From: Amoebophrya sp. A120
Taxonomy: Eukaryota; Protista; Dinoflagellata
DNA: 64,000 nucleotides
Assembly: GCA_905178155.1 (NCBI GenBank)
Contig: CAJINV010000004.1
Location: forward strand, 4,195,555 to 4,259,554
Direction: 5' to 3'
Shown: positions 51,701 through 64,000 of the stretch, piece by piece
Numbering within the stretch: position 1 is the first letter of the stretch
Layout of the letters: every line of letters begins with the position of its first letter
Translations under genes and position numbers: made by a program
Notes under the pieces: generated by a model
Told to the model about the DNA's origin: nothing
Database searches by the model: none
Seen by the model: only the letters and a program-made list of their open reading frames with translations

Positions 51701-54700
51701 GTGCGACGGCGAGCAGGTAGCTGAGGATGAAAAAGACGAACGCGGCGCCACAGTAGAGTCGGATGATGTAGTTGAACAACAATCACAAAATCTTTCCCGC
51801 CTCTCTCTCGACGGGGTAGCCGGATCGGCGCCAGGAGCGTCTTCTTCTTTTCTGTCGAGTGCAGCTGGGCCTAGTTCTGAGGTCGGAGGATCTTCAACAA
51901 TTTCCAAGGAAACACCATCGAGAAGACCGTGCGTCGAGGTCGTGAAAAAGATCAAGAAGAGTGAGAATCCGAATTTAATATCAGCAGCGGATTTCGACCG
52001 GGTTTTGGCGACTCGGTGCAAGTCGAAGATGGATTGGGCCTATGCGAGAACGTACGTCTTGCAGGTGCCGACCGTTGCGGTGGGGGAAATTGTGGAGAAG
52101 CCGACGAGTTATGATAGCAGGATGGCCGTGGGCGGAGGTACGAGCGTGAAAATAGCTCATGTAGTTGGCCAGCAGAACGAGACCAGTGCCGCAGAAGGCG
52201 GAACTGTAAGAACTGTTTTATCTTCATCGATAGATCTAGATAAAAACGCCGACCAGTTGACTGCAAGTGCTGCAAGCGCCGCCGCCGGTAGCAGCATGAT
52301 TAGCAACTCTAATTCGGCGCACGAAACGATGCTCGGCTTGGGTACTAGTAGCTCTTTGGCCCGACCTCCGGCGTTACAGGTTGGTGCTGCAGTGGATAAC
52401 GCTACTACGACCATCATGACCAATGCCCCGGCCTTCACTCGGGGCCCCGCGGTTGTACCAAGCAGTATCAGTAAACAAAAACAGGAGAAAGCAAGCATGA
52501 CAGGACATCAGCCTCCTAGTACCGCTGCTTCATCCTTCCAATGCTCTTCCTCCCTTGCCTCCACGTCGGCCACGGCCAGCCGCAGTCTGTCTGCGCTGGT
52601 ACCACCACTCGCAATCTCCATGTCCTCATCTAGTCCTCTACATCCGGCACTTGGCGCAGCAGCTGCACCCGTAGATGAAGTTGCAACCTCTATTGCCTCA
52701 AGCCGGAGTACTTCCACCGTGATTCCTTCAGCCCGGTCGGCTCGAGAGGCGGTGGCGGGCGGGATGAATAAAGGGGGAGGTGGCTTAAGTAGCTTGTCGC
52801 CGCGACAAGTATCCGACGAGATCGGCGGTGGAACTGCAACCGGGACAACGACAGCGGCCGCCGGAAGCAGTAGAGTCACAACTTCAAATTCCCTCGGCCC
52901 ACTTGAGACGAGCACAAGTTCTCACGCTAAAAATCCTACTTCGCCCCGGGGTGGATCCAGTGGGGGCGCAGCAGTCTCAACAAACGCTGCGAAACCAGCA
53001 GCTTCTCGTCACCTCCTCTTGCACTCGTCTCCGCAAGTCAGCCCGGCGGTCAGCTTCCGAGACTCGAGGACGGGTGCTCCGAGAAGTCCGAGCCCCGGAA
53101 TTACGACGAATTCGGGCAGAAATGATCTGGGACGCGGGGGAAGTTCCCCCTCTGCTCCAGAGCCAGAGGAAGTACTACCCTCTTCTGTTCCTGCTGCCCC
53201 TCGCTCGCAAGACTCTCCTGCTGCTCAGCGACAAAATGAAGAGGTGCAGCACGAAGTGGCAGGACGAGAACACAACTCGAGCAATTTTGATGCAGTACAA
53301 GAAGCTGAGGTTTCAGAGCTCGAAAAAGACCACGACGCAGGTAGTAAAATCGACGCTGCCAAGTTCCTGCAACGCTTGAAGATCGATCTGGTTTCGAGCA
53401 AAATGAAGCAACGTTTGGCGGCTTCTGTGGCGAGGAATTTGTTTGGCGTACTGCAGACTGTTTTTTTGAAAATAACGGTAACGGAAGCGCAAACGGATGC
53501 AGTTGTAAATTCCACATCTTCAACAACATCCGCGTGTGGAGATTATATCTCCGGTGAAAAAATGAGGATGAACCATCTATGGAAGGCGTTTTTGCAAAAT
53601 GAGGCGAAGTTTCTACAGGGTATGGAGCAGGTGCTGTTGTGTGAAAGAGTAGATTCAGCTTCTTGTGAGATCACCGACCTCCTTACCGACCGGCAGCGGC
53701 AGGCAATGGCTCGAGAGTTGCGGCGGCACAGACGAGTCTGGGCGAGATGTAGTGGGAAAGGAAAACGCTGCGCCACCAGAATCGTTGTTGAGAAACAGGC
53801 GGGGGGGAAAAGCGGCTACAATCTTCTGACGGATGCTGGCGTCGTGTGGTGGAAGAAGGACACAGATACTCAACAAACTCCTATCAGCCTGTCAACCGAC
53901 AGCACCAGCCGCATGGCGGAGCCCTTAAACAGCGCCCTCTTCCGCGAAGTTGTAGTTCCCTATAATACGTCTAGCACGTCTTTGTCTGCGGGAGTAGTCG
54001 TGGTTGTTCCATCCGAAGTAGACGCCGCGCCAGGCCCTCCTCTCGTCTTTGCAGCAAATAAAAGTGCTGGGGCAAGAACAGCTTCCTCCACGAGCGCGAG
54101 CACCGGAGCAAAAGGCTCGAATTATGTTGCCGAACATTTGCACCTGATGCCTCCGCAGCCGAAAGAACAACAGGGAAATGAACTAGATAACACCATAGGC
54201 GGCTCAACTACCCCCGATGAGCAAGAATTATATGACGAGGACATGGACGAGGGCCGGATTACCTTACCCCCACCCTCGAGCCTTCTGAAACCATCTCCGA
54301 GCTTTTTGTCCTCCTTGGACTTCGCCACTTCGGGCACGACGAAAACAGATGTGTTGCGAGGTGGACCTGGGAGCGGCAGCACATCACCAGGTCGTCCGCA
54401 AGGAGGGGCAGCAAAGACGGCAAGTCCTCCCTCTTCTCCTTCGTCGTCCACCGGAAGTCGCAGTAGTAGGAGCTCGTCCAGTTCTGATCATGCACCATAT
54501 ACACAACTGGCGGGACCGGGAGCTGCACCAGCCCCCGCGTCTTCCTATTTGGACGCTTTTAGTTTTCTGCTCAATAGGGCGGGACGCAGTACTAGCACAT
54601 CAAAAGTGACCACGGCACCGCCTTTTATCTTCACACGAGAAAAAACAACGTCCGACAGGGGCACATACAACACGACCACTGCGGGCGCCGGTACAAGTTG

Positions 54701-57029
54701 GCCGCATCAATCTACTTCGGAGGACGAGTTCTTGGTCGCTGATAGAGCAGCCGTGAGAAGCAGCAGCACCACTCAGACACGAGCCACCACGTCCGCACCC
54801 AGGATCTATCCACTGCAAAACCAAAAGTATCGTATCGTACTCGTACTACGTGACAAGTCCACCGCTCTACCTGATATAGCATGACAAACTCCATTTTTGT
54901 TCTTGAAAAAATATGTGATGCAAATCATGATACTCCTAGTGCGATACAATACTTTTTCAATGCATAGGCTTCTGGTGCCGACGAGGACAACGACTCCAGC
55001 GCCAACATCTACTTCCCAGCATGCTGCTGGCGCAGCGGGGACTGCTGCTGCATCTACGCGTTTGCTCCACACCCTCCCAGTCCCGGTGCAAAACGCGTGG
55101 CCACATCACCCCCAACTTCCCGCCATCCGCTCCGCACGACAAGAAGCTGGCTCATCTGGCACGAAGATGACGTCGTACACAAATACCGCTGACGCCAAGT
55201 ACATGTCCCCAACCCAACAGCTTCACGAAGCCGAGAAAAGCGGGTTGCTGGAACGCAGCAAATCGCCTGTGAAAGGAGTGAATCTGGAGCGAATGAGTAG
55301 GGGAGGTTGTACTAGGGATCATGATGGAAGTGGTCAACTACGACATGATGATCCTAGTGGTTGTTGTACTGCCGGAACTACAGGAGCGCCGCCAGGTGGA
55401 AGAGTTTCTCCTTCTTCTCTCGGTAGTAGACCGCGAACAGGCGGAGCAGGCGGGGAAGGAGGTGGTACTTCTCCCACTTCAGCCGCCGGACGTAGTTTGG
55501 TGCAGCAGCAGCTGCCAAAGGTTGTACCTTCGCCTGCTCCTGGCATGACATCAACCTCTACTAGTTGTACCCCGGCGCGCGGTGCTCTTGCTGGACCACG
55601 AGCAGGGACGCCCATTACGACGAGACAAAATCCAGTCAGGAGTGCAGGAGCACCAGGAGGGTTTATTTCCCATGCCCCTGCAATGGTTCCAGTCCTTCCC
55701 GGTGGGGGCTGCACATCAAATAGCTACAGAGCAGGAGAATCAACAGCGGCAGCTGCACCAGCGCCGGTGGACCACCATGCTCGTTCTTCCCAGTCGTCTT
55801 TTCGAGAATCCACCTTCGCCCCGCCCTTCAACTTTCTCGCTGCGCGCAGCAGAGAAAACGATGAAAAAACCGACCGCCTTTTCCAGCAGTTGCCACACCC
55901 GACGGAGATCCAGGCCGCTGACGGATCCTGGACTCTTGACACGGCGCCTTTCGACGCCATTTTGGAGGATCTCGCGGCCGTGGTGTGGGAGGACACTCTC
56001 ATTTTCCTCTTACGGTATCGCATCCCGCTGCTCCATGCCCTGCTGGCGCATGAAGATCGGTATGATAGTATTAACAACGCTGGTCGTCGTGGGGGCAGAA
56101 GTTCTTCTTCGTCAGCGTCAGGTGTCGGGGGTACTAGTACAAGCAGAGGAGTAAGGAACGCGCTCGCGGCTTCATCTTCTTCGTCTACAACTTCTCCTTC
56201 TCAGACCTGTAGCCGAGGTGGACCTCCTCCTCCGCAACTACAGCAGTCTTCTTCACCACGACCAGGACGTCCAGGAGCTGCTCCCGAGATGGTCAACAAC
56301 ATCTCGCTCAGAGACGAACTGATCGACGCGCTTTCCAAAATCCAGCAAGTCGCGGTTACCCTCCGGGAAAGTGAGGAACGGATGATATTAGCTGCCGGTC
56401 GTGCTCGTGCTCGTGCATCTTCAACAAGCGAGAGGGCAGTGCGGGCAGGTGAAGTACAGGAAAGTACTATACCGCACGACGAGGACCTCCACGCAGCGCC
56501 GAGTGGTGGAACAGACGCTGGGTGGGATCGCGACAAGGAAGCGACGCCCCGCCAAGAGAAGATCTTCACAGGTGATGTTGACGGAGACACGGGAAATGCG
56601 AAATCTCCCAAGAAGAGTAGTACTCGAAATTTGCAAGAAATTCTCACGTTGGAGCTAGAAGCAACACGACAAGTGTATCAGGAGCTGCCCCCGCAGTTGC
56701 CTTTGCTAACTCAAACCCAGATTGAGTACTTGGTAGATGCGCTGCTGGCTAGTGTCGACGGAGAAAATGACGCGGCGCGGAGGAAATCCCTCATGGCAAC
56801 GTTGGGAGACTATCACACAGATGAAAAAACCAGGCAGGTCATTTGTAATGCAAAAATGCATAAACAAAAAACTCTGTATTGCGTGTCCTCAGCAGCTTGC
56901 TGTGGGGCCGCCCAAGACAGATTTTTCTGTGTATTTATGTTTGCATTACAAATATGAACTGCCTGCTTCTTTCTGTGTGATAGAGATCCGAATCAGGAGT
57001 TTGTGAAAATCTTCTTGGGGTCGTCGTGA
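45722..57029 (+). CDS. Very large PPP-family Ser/Thr phosphatase (PPEF/PP5-like catalytic domain) with long disordered extensions; start uncertain
   Basis: VIGDTHGQL, YLVNGDIADRG, INRGNHE, VVHGGL, DLLWSDP, LLRSHE, YTIFSASNY; 10 introners; ends LGDPNQEFVKIFLGSS*. Confidence 0.85.
46029..46177. mobile_element. Introner family A
   Basis: TSD ctttt. Confidence 0.9.
47097..47351. mobile_element. Introner family G
   Basis: TSD tcgca. Confidence 0.9.
47733..48040. mobile_element. Introner family B (inverted relative to 23690, with internal insertion)
   Basis: TSD ccgca/tcgca; removal restores SDRNVYLVNGD. Confidence 0.9.
48618..48767. mobile_element. Introner family A
   Basis: TSD gccgg. Confidence 0.9.
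48811..49032. mobile_element. Introner family B
   Basis: TSD tttcc/tctcc. Confidence 0.9.
49173..49322. mobile_element. Introner family A
   Basis: TSD gccgc; removal restores KFGRDQT. Confidence 0.9.
49851..49989. mobile_element. Introner family A
   Basis: TSD gaaca. Confidence 0.9.
50068..50357. mobile_element. Introner family C
   Basis: TSD atcga. Confidence 0.9.
54807..54966. mobile_element. Introner family A (diverged)
   Basis: TSD ggatc/ggctt; joins ORFs 50316 and 54897 in frame. Confidence 0.8.
56811..56982. mobile_element. Introner, singleton fold-back type
   Basis: TATCACACAGA...AGGCAGGTCATTTGTAATGCAAA / TTTGCATTACAAATATGAACTGCCT...TCTGTGTGATA; TSD gagac/gagat. Confidence 0.85.
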
Positions 57030-58777
57030 TGAATCCCTTTATTTCTAGAGTGTACGCATGCACCAACCTGAACCTTCATCAGCGATATTCTGAGAATAAA
57101 GTACTAGATTAATTTTGATTATGCAAGTTGTCCACGGTGCTTCTAAGGCAGTAAGCGATCCTAAACCGTAATGAGCCTTGTTCCACATCGGTAATCCAGG
57201 AGACCGCGGAGGCCTCGGTTAGATGATTTTCCAAGTAGCCTTTCTCGCATCTAGTAATTTTGGATAAAATCGATCACGTGAGGTATGTTTTTCTCTGGTC
57301 TTCGGCATCGATTTTGCATTTCACGGTTAACATCTAAGGTAGTGTGCAAATCATTGTCATTGAAAATTTGATATAGAAATGCCTTCTTTGACGTTTTGCT
57401 ATGTGGGGGTTCCATTGCTAGCAAAGTCCCGGACTGACAAATGAAACACAAAATGCACAAAAAAAAAAACTACAACTGCTGCAGCAGCTCCTTCTGTATT
57501 GGAATACGAATAGAGCACGATGAGAAGTTTGGTCGCATGGCAGAGCTTGTTGGGCGATTCCGTGTGCGCCGCTGTAGCAGCATTCTGCAGAAATAAAACA
57601 ACCATTGTGTTCGTAGTTGTGCCTTGTAGGTTGAAACAAAAGTTGTAAGAGAAGGCAGAGCAACATTTTTTTGCCAATCACGGCCAGAAGAGTGCCATTG
57701 TCGGTTTTTGTTTTTTCCAACAAAACCAAAATGCGTTGAGAGAGCAAAGAGTCAGAGAAAAGCAACCAGCTGACGAGCTACTGGAGAGATGATGATGTAT
57801 GAAGTTCAACTGCTTCGTGCGCCTGCCTATGAGAGCCAAACTTTGTGCAAGACACGAGATTGAAGAGAGCTGGCAGAAGATGAATAGTACCTTCATTAAT
57901 CACAAACAGGAGGAGTTGTTTGTTCGGCTTTTACCCCATTCTTATCTCTACCCTTCTCCAATATCTTGTTTTACCGCTCTAATTTGATAAAAATAACTAC
58001 TCGTTTTGTTTCTTTTCTTGCACTTCTACGACGACCTACCAAAATAGCACTATTGTTTCTATTCTCCCCCACAGCTAGCTCACACAACTACATCTCTGTA
58101 AGTATCAACAACTCTTTTACTAGTTTTTTAATAAACAGCTCTGCAAGCAGTATCTATAACAACCGAACACATCAACGAATCACATTTTGAAAACTACAAG
58201 TTTTTCAACTACTGGAGAAATAATAGGCAACTACGAGTCAGAGCAAAAGAAACGAAAACACGACTAGTACTCAAAAAAAGTATCAGCACCAGTATTATTC
58301 GTCGAAAAGGAGCCTGAACCACGATATTTGCTATCGTGAAGGTGAAGGTTTATTCGGACATCACATTTGTTGAAAGATTCTAAAACTAAGACAATAAGTA
58401 CGTTATTGTTTGAAAATATCGAGGACGTTCGACCTCTAGGGTCGTCCAGGACGAGCTGTACACTCGTCGAAAAAAATAAAACACAAACACAAACAGCACA
58501 TGAAAAGCAGCACTTGTTGTCTCAACGTGTAGCCTAAAAGGACAAATTGTAAGATAGTAGAGGAAGGGAACAATATTAAAACACGATCCTGTCAAAAAAA
58601 TCGCGTTTACTTGTCATCCGCTTGTGTGCTGCTGAAAAAAACGTTCGTCGTTTGACGTTTGATTTCACTCAGCACCGGAGCAGGAGGTGAACAAGATCTG
58701 GAAGAAGACAGAACTACTTACACTGCAGGAAAGGAAAACCAACAGCACCGAGCGGCACCGCAACCCCTATCGTCAAA

Positions 58778-61347
58778 ATGGTGACGCTGTTGGAGGACAA
58801 CACGATCGGCGCGGGAGCAGGAGGCGCCGATCTGGTGAATAAGAACGAAGACCGCAATGACAAGTTGCAGAACAAACTCTTCTACAGTCCGCCCGGGCGG
58901 CTGATCCCCACCAAGGAGCTGACGATTGGCACGCCCTCACACTTCGCGTCGAACAAGGCGACTTTGGCAAGTTCCGGGAGTACGGCGACCACGGCTGCGT
59001 CAACGGTCGCGAATGGAGGCCGTTCTGGGAACAACTATTCCGGCACTGTGGATGCTGCCGCGGGGAGTGGCGGCGGCTACAGTCCGGGCACGGCTTCCAA
59101 CTTCGACGTGCTGTCGCCGTTGAGCTCTGCAGGAGCTTCGGGGAAGATGAACATGAACAGTACAGGCATGCGCAGTCCGAAGAGCGACAACTTCGCGGTG
59201 CCCTACAACAACAATCTGAAGATGCCGGCGCTGAAGCGCGAGTCCTCTTCCCCGAAACACACCCGGTCGATCTCTCGCCAGTACTCGAAGGAATCGTCGG
59301 AGAACTTCTTGTATCAAATGCAAAAGTATCGTACTCATATGAATGCAAGTCTTGCATTACAAATCTTTTTGTTTTTATTAAGGCAAATCCGCATGACAAA
59401 GACAAATTCCATTTCTCGCTAAGGAAATTTGTATTGCAATTTATACTGATACAACGATATTTTTGCAATGCATATCTTGCTTTCCGAGTTCGATGCGCCC
59501 TGGCCCGCGACGGCGGCGGAGAGCGAGTACGGACAGAATTCTGGCCTGCGCTCTCCCAAGTATTTGTTGTCCGACTACCGGCAGAAGCTGGAGAGCTACC
59601 TGCGCGAATACTTCCTCGGCGGAGATTTTCAGGTATAAGTACACATTTCTTGTAGTTATATGCAAAACATGCATCAAGGCCCGTGTTTGTCTTTGTCATG
59701 CAAAAACTGGATGGGTGGTCGCGGTATGATTCACCTTTTTGCTGGATATTGGTATGAAAATCAATCTCTAGTAATAGTCCACCCCCTCCTAGTGCAAAAG
59801 CTGAAATGAATTTTGGTGATCTTACAAATCTTACGTACATGTTGATTCAAACCTCCTAAAATAAAAATTTCATCAGGCTTTTGTCGAACTGGTGTTCGCT
59901 TTGCGTTGTGACGGCTTCAACGACATTCTGGTCGCGAAAATCTTCCGCACCGGCGTGGACATCACCCCGACGCGATCCGCGGACCACCCCCTCTCCTGGG
60001 AGAACCTGTTAAAGGGGCTGTTGCAGGAGCAGGTGATTTCGCAGACGGAGCTCCTCCGGGGGCTGTACGGCTTTTGCTGTTCGGTATCCGACTTGGAAAA
60101 GGATGTCCCGAATGCCAGTATTTTGCTGCTGAACTTTTTCGCGAACGTGTTCACGGAAGAGGCTCCGATGTACAGCGGCACGGGTTCGGGGGATCAGTCG
60201 TCCGGGCAAACCACCGCGTCTGGGAACGAGGACGAGTACGACTACGATCTGAATGACAGCCAGGCTGGACAGTCTACGGCCGTCCCTAGTCTGATCACGC
60301 CCACGAACAACCAACGCATGCTGGTGGTCACCACGCGGTCTGGCACGAAGACGCGCGGTCGCGTGCCCGCGGAGATTTTCTATCGCTTTCCCGAGGACGT
60401 GCTGCGCAAGCACGGGTCGCCGACGTACGTGGCCATTGCGGACGAGCTGCGCGACCACAAGAAGGTCCTGCAGAAGGTGTTGCGGGATTTCATCCGGACG
60501 AAGGACTACGAGCGGGTGAAGATGAATTTGATGGACTTGGAGTCGCAAAGCCTCTTCTGCTATGCAGTGCAAATATGTCTGGATCTGCAAGGTTGCAACT
60601 TGTGATGCGCATCTTAGATCACTGCAAAATTTGTATTGCAAAACTAGCAGAAGTTGTCTATTTTTGGTCATGATGAGACCGGATTTCTCATGCAGAGTAG
60701 GCATCATGAAGCTGCTTTCGAAGAACCTGTGGTACTGGTCGCTGCATGCCAGACTCTACTCTGGGTCATGCGCAACCTGCATTACAAACATGTGCATTCA
60801 TCCAGACTCAGACATATTTGCAATTCATATCTGCCACGAGTTCGTGAAGCGCGCGATCTTGATGTCGTTGGATTTCACGCTCGTCGATCAGAAAGCGGTG
60901 TGCGGCTTGCTGCAGAGACTGCGGAATGACGGTATAAGTTTTTTGTACGATGAAATTGAAATTGCAACTACGAAAACTACGAATACATTTACATACCAAA
61001 ACTTTTGCTTCTTCTGATGCACGCATAGTATCACGACGTCAACACACTAGTAGCTTTTGCATGGTGATGCACTAGACGATCTTGTTCTATGCCATGTAGA
61101 ATCAAACAGCAAGTAAACAAAAACATTCCCATCTTCTAATATGACATAAAACTTTATCAGGTCTCGTCCGCAGTGAGGACTTGCAGCACGGGATTGCGCT
61201 GGTTCTGGGGCGGTTGGACGACGTTTTGATTGATGTCCCCAATGCCAAGCGGATGGTAGCGGACATTTTCGTGCAATTTGTCAAGATGGAGATTATCCCG
61301 GCAACGTTGCTGAAGAAGGAGCAGTATGAATTGCAAAAGCACCGTAC

Positions 61348-61378
<31 letters not shown>

Positions 61379-62389
61379 CGCATTACAAATCAGCTCAGCA
61401 GGAATTTGTGATGGTGTTTTACCTCGGGATGAAGATTTGTAATGCATGACTGCGATTACTACGAGCGCGATGCTTTTGCACAGGATAAGCAGCAGCTGCA
61501 GTACGGCATGCTTGCGGGCGTGGAGGTGTTGACGGAAGTGCTGCACAAGACACCGGAGTACTCCCGCCAAATCTGGAACGGGATCGACGAGCGGTCGCTG
61601 TTTCAGGAGATGGAGTTGGCGATTGAAGAGCACTTCGATTCCTACGATTGCGAGGAAGTGGCGCGGATCTTGACGGAACTGCACCTGACCCGGGAACTGA
61701 AAATCAAGTTCCTGCGCCGGTTACTGCTGTACTCCATCGAAAAACGGGACGTGCACACTGGTATAGAAAAAGATGCATGAGAAGTTTTTCAACGTTGATC
61801 ATACTGTCCTCGTCTTGGAAGTGATTGACTTCATTTGCAATCGGTCATGCAAAAAGTGATACAGTTACAGTGTGTGTAATGCAGACTACCGATTTTTCAC
61901 CATGAATGACATGACTGATTTATGCGAATCTGTCCAAAAAAGGTTTGAACCTGATTTCCTACCTGCACGGCAACGGTTCTTTTCTCGCCGCGGACGCGAA
62001 GGCCAAGATGCAGCTGGTGGAGGACTCGCTGGAGTCTATCCGGTGCGATATCGCACGAAAAAGGTGTTTCACTGTAAGGGTTTTGCAAGTTTCGCATCAG
62101 AAGTTCCTGACACATGACTAAGAAAACTTCGCATGCGCACTTCCTAACGGAAAGCACACCTAGAAATTCAATGTCCTGCATGTGCAGCACGACAAACACT
62201 TCTGTGTTCCATTCTATGCATCACAAGTTTACAGTGAAGCAGTTTTGTCTTTCGATATGCGACAGCGATGAATTAATCGTCGACCAACCGGACATCGAGG
62301 AGGCGACCAGCTACGTCGTGGACCAGATGTTCCGCTACGGACTGATTTCCGGGGAATACTACCGCTTGGACCAGCAGTACATGGTGTAG
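58778..62389 (+). CDS. Multi-MA3 (MI) domain protein, PDCD4/MRF-like translation regulator
   Basis: YRQKLESYLREYF, DLEKDVPNA, CHEFVKRAILMSLD, LDDVLIDVPNA, IEEHFDSYDCEEVARILTEL, DELIVDQP; 4 introners plus GT-AG introns. Confidence 0.85.
59312..59474. mobile_element. Introner family A
   Basis: TSD tcttg. Confidence 0.9.
60561..60829. mobile_element. Introner family G
   Basis: TSD tctgc; removal restores LFCHEFVK. Confidence 0.9.
61325..61487. mobile_element. Introner family A with internal (TAG)n expansion
   Basis: TSD agcag; about 10 TAG units at 61348-61378. Confidence 0.9.
62049..62257. mobile_element. Introner, singleton family
   Basis: TATCGCACGAAAA...TTCACTGTAA / TTACAGTGAA...TTTTGTCTTTCGATA; TSD tgcga. 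Confidence 0.85.
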
Positions 62390-64000
62390 AGATTCTTCTT
62401 CGTGGTCTACTACATCTAGAAGTACACTCCGATATCATGACGACAGCAGCATCACAAAAAAACGTCGACACTCAATGAACAGCAAGTGAAGTATCACTGT
62501 ATTGAGAAAATATGAGTAAGAGTATGAACAAGAACAGGAGCGGAAAATCAATACTCTGTGCATTTAGTTGTATGATCTCTATCTACAAACGAACTACAAT
62601 GAAACTTAAGGAGTACTACGAATGAACTGATATTATGCCAATTTACCAATTTACAATTAACATTCAACCTTATTCAACCAAAATCTGGATACAACTTCCT
62701 GGGGAGAACTACGGCATTCGGTTTATCAGGAGCGGAAACAATCGATGCCTTCGAAGATGAAAGGCGGTATCCAAGATACACAACTCAATTATTAACTATG
62801 TCATTGCAACAGATTCTAGTACGACCAGTACAAATTCAGTAAATGTAAAATCGAGATAGCATTGCCGATGGATTATTACGGTGACATTCAACATCTGAGT
62901 AAAAAGAAAAAGATACAACAACATCAGGAGAAAAGTTGTAGGTAAGTAACCGTTTTTATGACACATCATCACGACAAGTACAACGACATCTTCTAGTAGC
63001 ACGACTTCATGACAAAGATTATGGCGAGAGTAGAGAACAGAAAAGATTCAAAAATACGCAATCAATTTCAAAAGTAGCGGCGGATCACTGTCGACGACAG
63101 ACGAGGCGATAAGTTTTTTTTAGGTTACTTGCGCTGCATACCAGTTGCAGCTGGTAAATTGAAGGTAAAATAACAAACTTAACACTGGTCCCCGCTACAG
63201 TATAACATACTTTTCTGATTATGGACTCGTAAAACACATTTTCCGATCCGACGCTGTCGTTGGCGCTTTTTTTCGTCAATAGCAGTCGAGGACCTAGAGC
63301 ATCAAGAAAGCCAGTGAGATTGATTGTGAGGACACAGGAGTATGTAAACATAGCTTACTATACAACCGAAAAAACTAAAACAACAAAAAAAAACATCGTG
63401 CATGACCTATTCTTTCGAATTATTCAGTCCAGAAATTACCGAAAGACCTTGTGACAGGTATTTCTTCAACATCTAGACAAATACCAAGCCAAACCTAATC
63501 TAGCAAGGTCATTTTTTCACGACGTATTTTGATCTTCTTGCACCTCGATTCTACTGTGCAAGAACTTCTTTTTGACATATTTTCTTTCAGTCCTTTCCAG
63601 TAACACCGTCCCTTGCTCCTCTTTGAGAGGAATTTTGCTCCTGTTTTTTTGAATGTATCAAACAGCGCGTCCTCGACTTTTCGTCGACGAGCTTAGCGTA
63701 TAATTATCATCCCTGTATTTGTACAAGCGTTTTTGATACAACTAGTACTCAAAGTTTTGGACAGAAATTCTAATTTCAGAGTCCTATCGCACAACAAGGA
63801 GCACTTCGATTGACCTTCGCTTGCAGCCGCTCGACGGAACGCTAAACTGACTGTCGGTGGTTCTCCGGTCGAGAGGCTGTAAGTGGATGCAACGTTGATT
63901 TCGCGATTCGACTCGGCAATTTTGGCAAATTTACCTTTCCCACCTCGACAGTGACAGTCGATCGAGACAATTTGTTAAACTGCATATAGAACAATTCCTA

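Overview
Eukaryotic genomic DNA, most consistent with an alveolate/dinoflagellate-lineage organism; the intron style matches what is known for the parasite Amoebophrya, but the taxon is my inference. About 11 protein-coding genes, all on the + strand: a C2-like-domain protein with a 5.9 kb intron, an MFSD5/MOT2-type MFS transporter, a 59-aa micro-gene, malate dehydrogenase, a TET/JBP-like 2OG-Fe(II) oxygenase fused to a catalytically dead RNase HII, a pepsin-like aspartic protease, a very large PPP phosphatase, an MA3/PDCD4-like protein and several hypotheticals. The coding exons are interrupted by 46 manually mapped 109-317 bp MITE-like introner elements of at least 7 families. They share TAT...ATA termini (one ends AAA), terminal inverted repeats (TIRs), a 5-bp target-site duplication (TSD) and an internal TTTGTNATGC motif. 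They occur in both orientations and mostly lack GT-AG boundaries; removing the element plus one TSD restores conserved proteins, including the MDH catalytic WGNHS motif. Most ORFs in the supplied track are artefacts of these inserts or of GC-rich repeats. Coordinates were read by eye and exon models lack transcript support.
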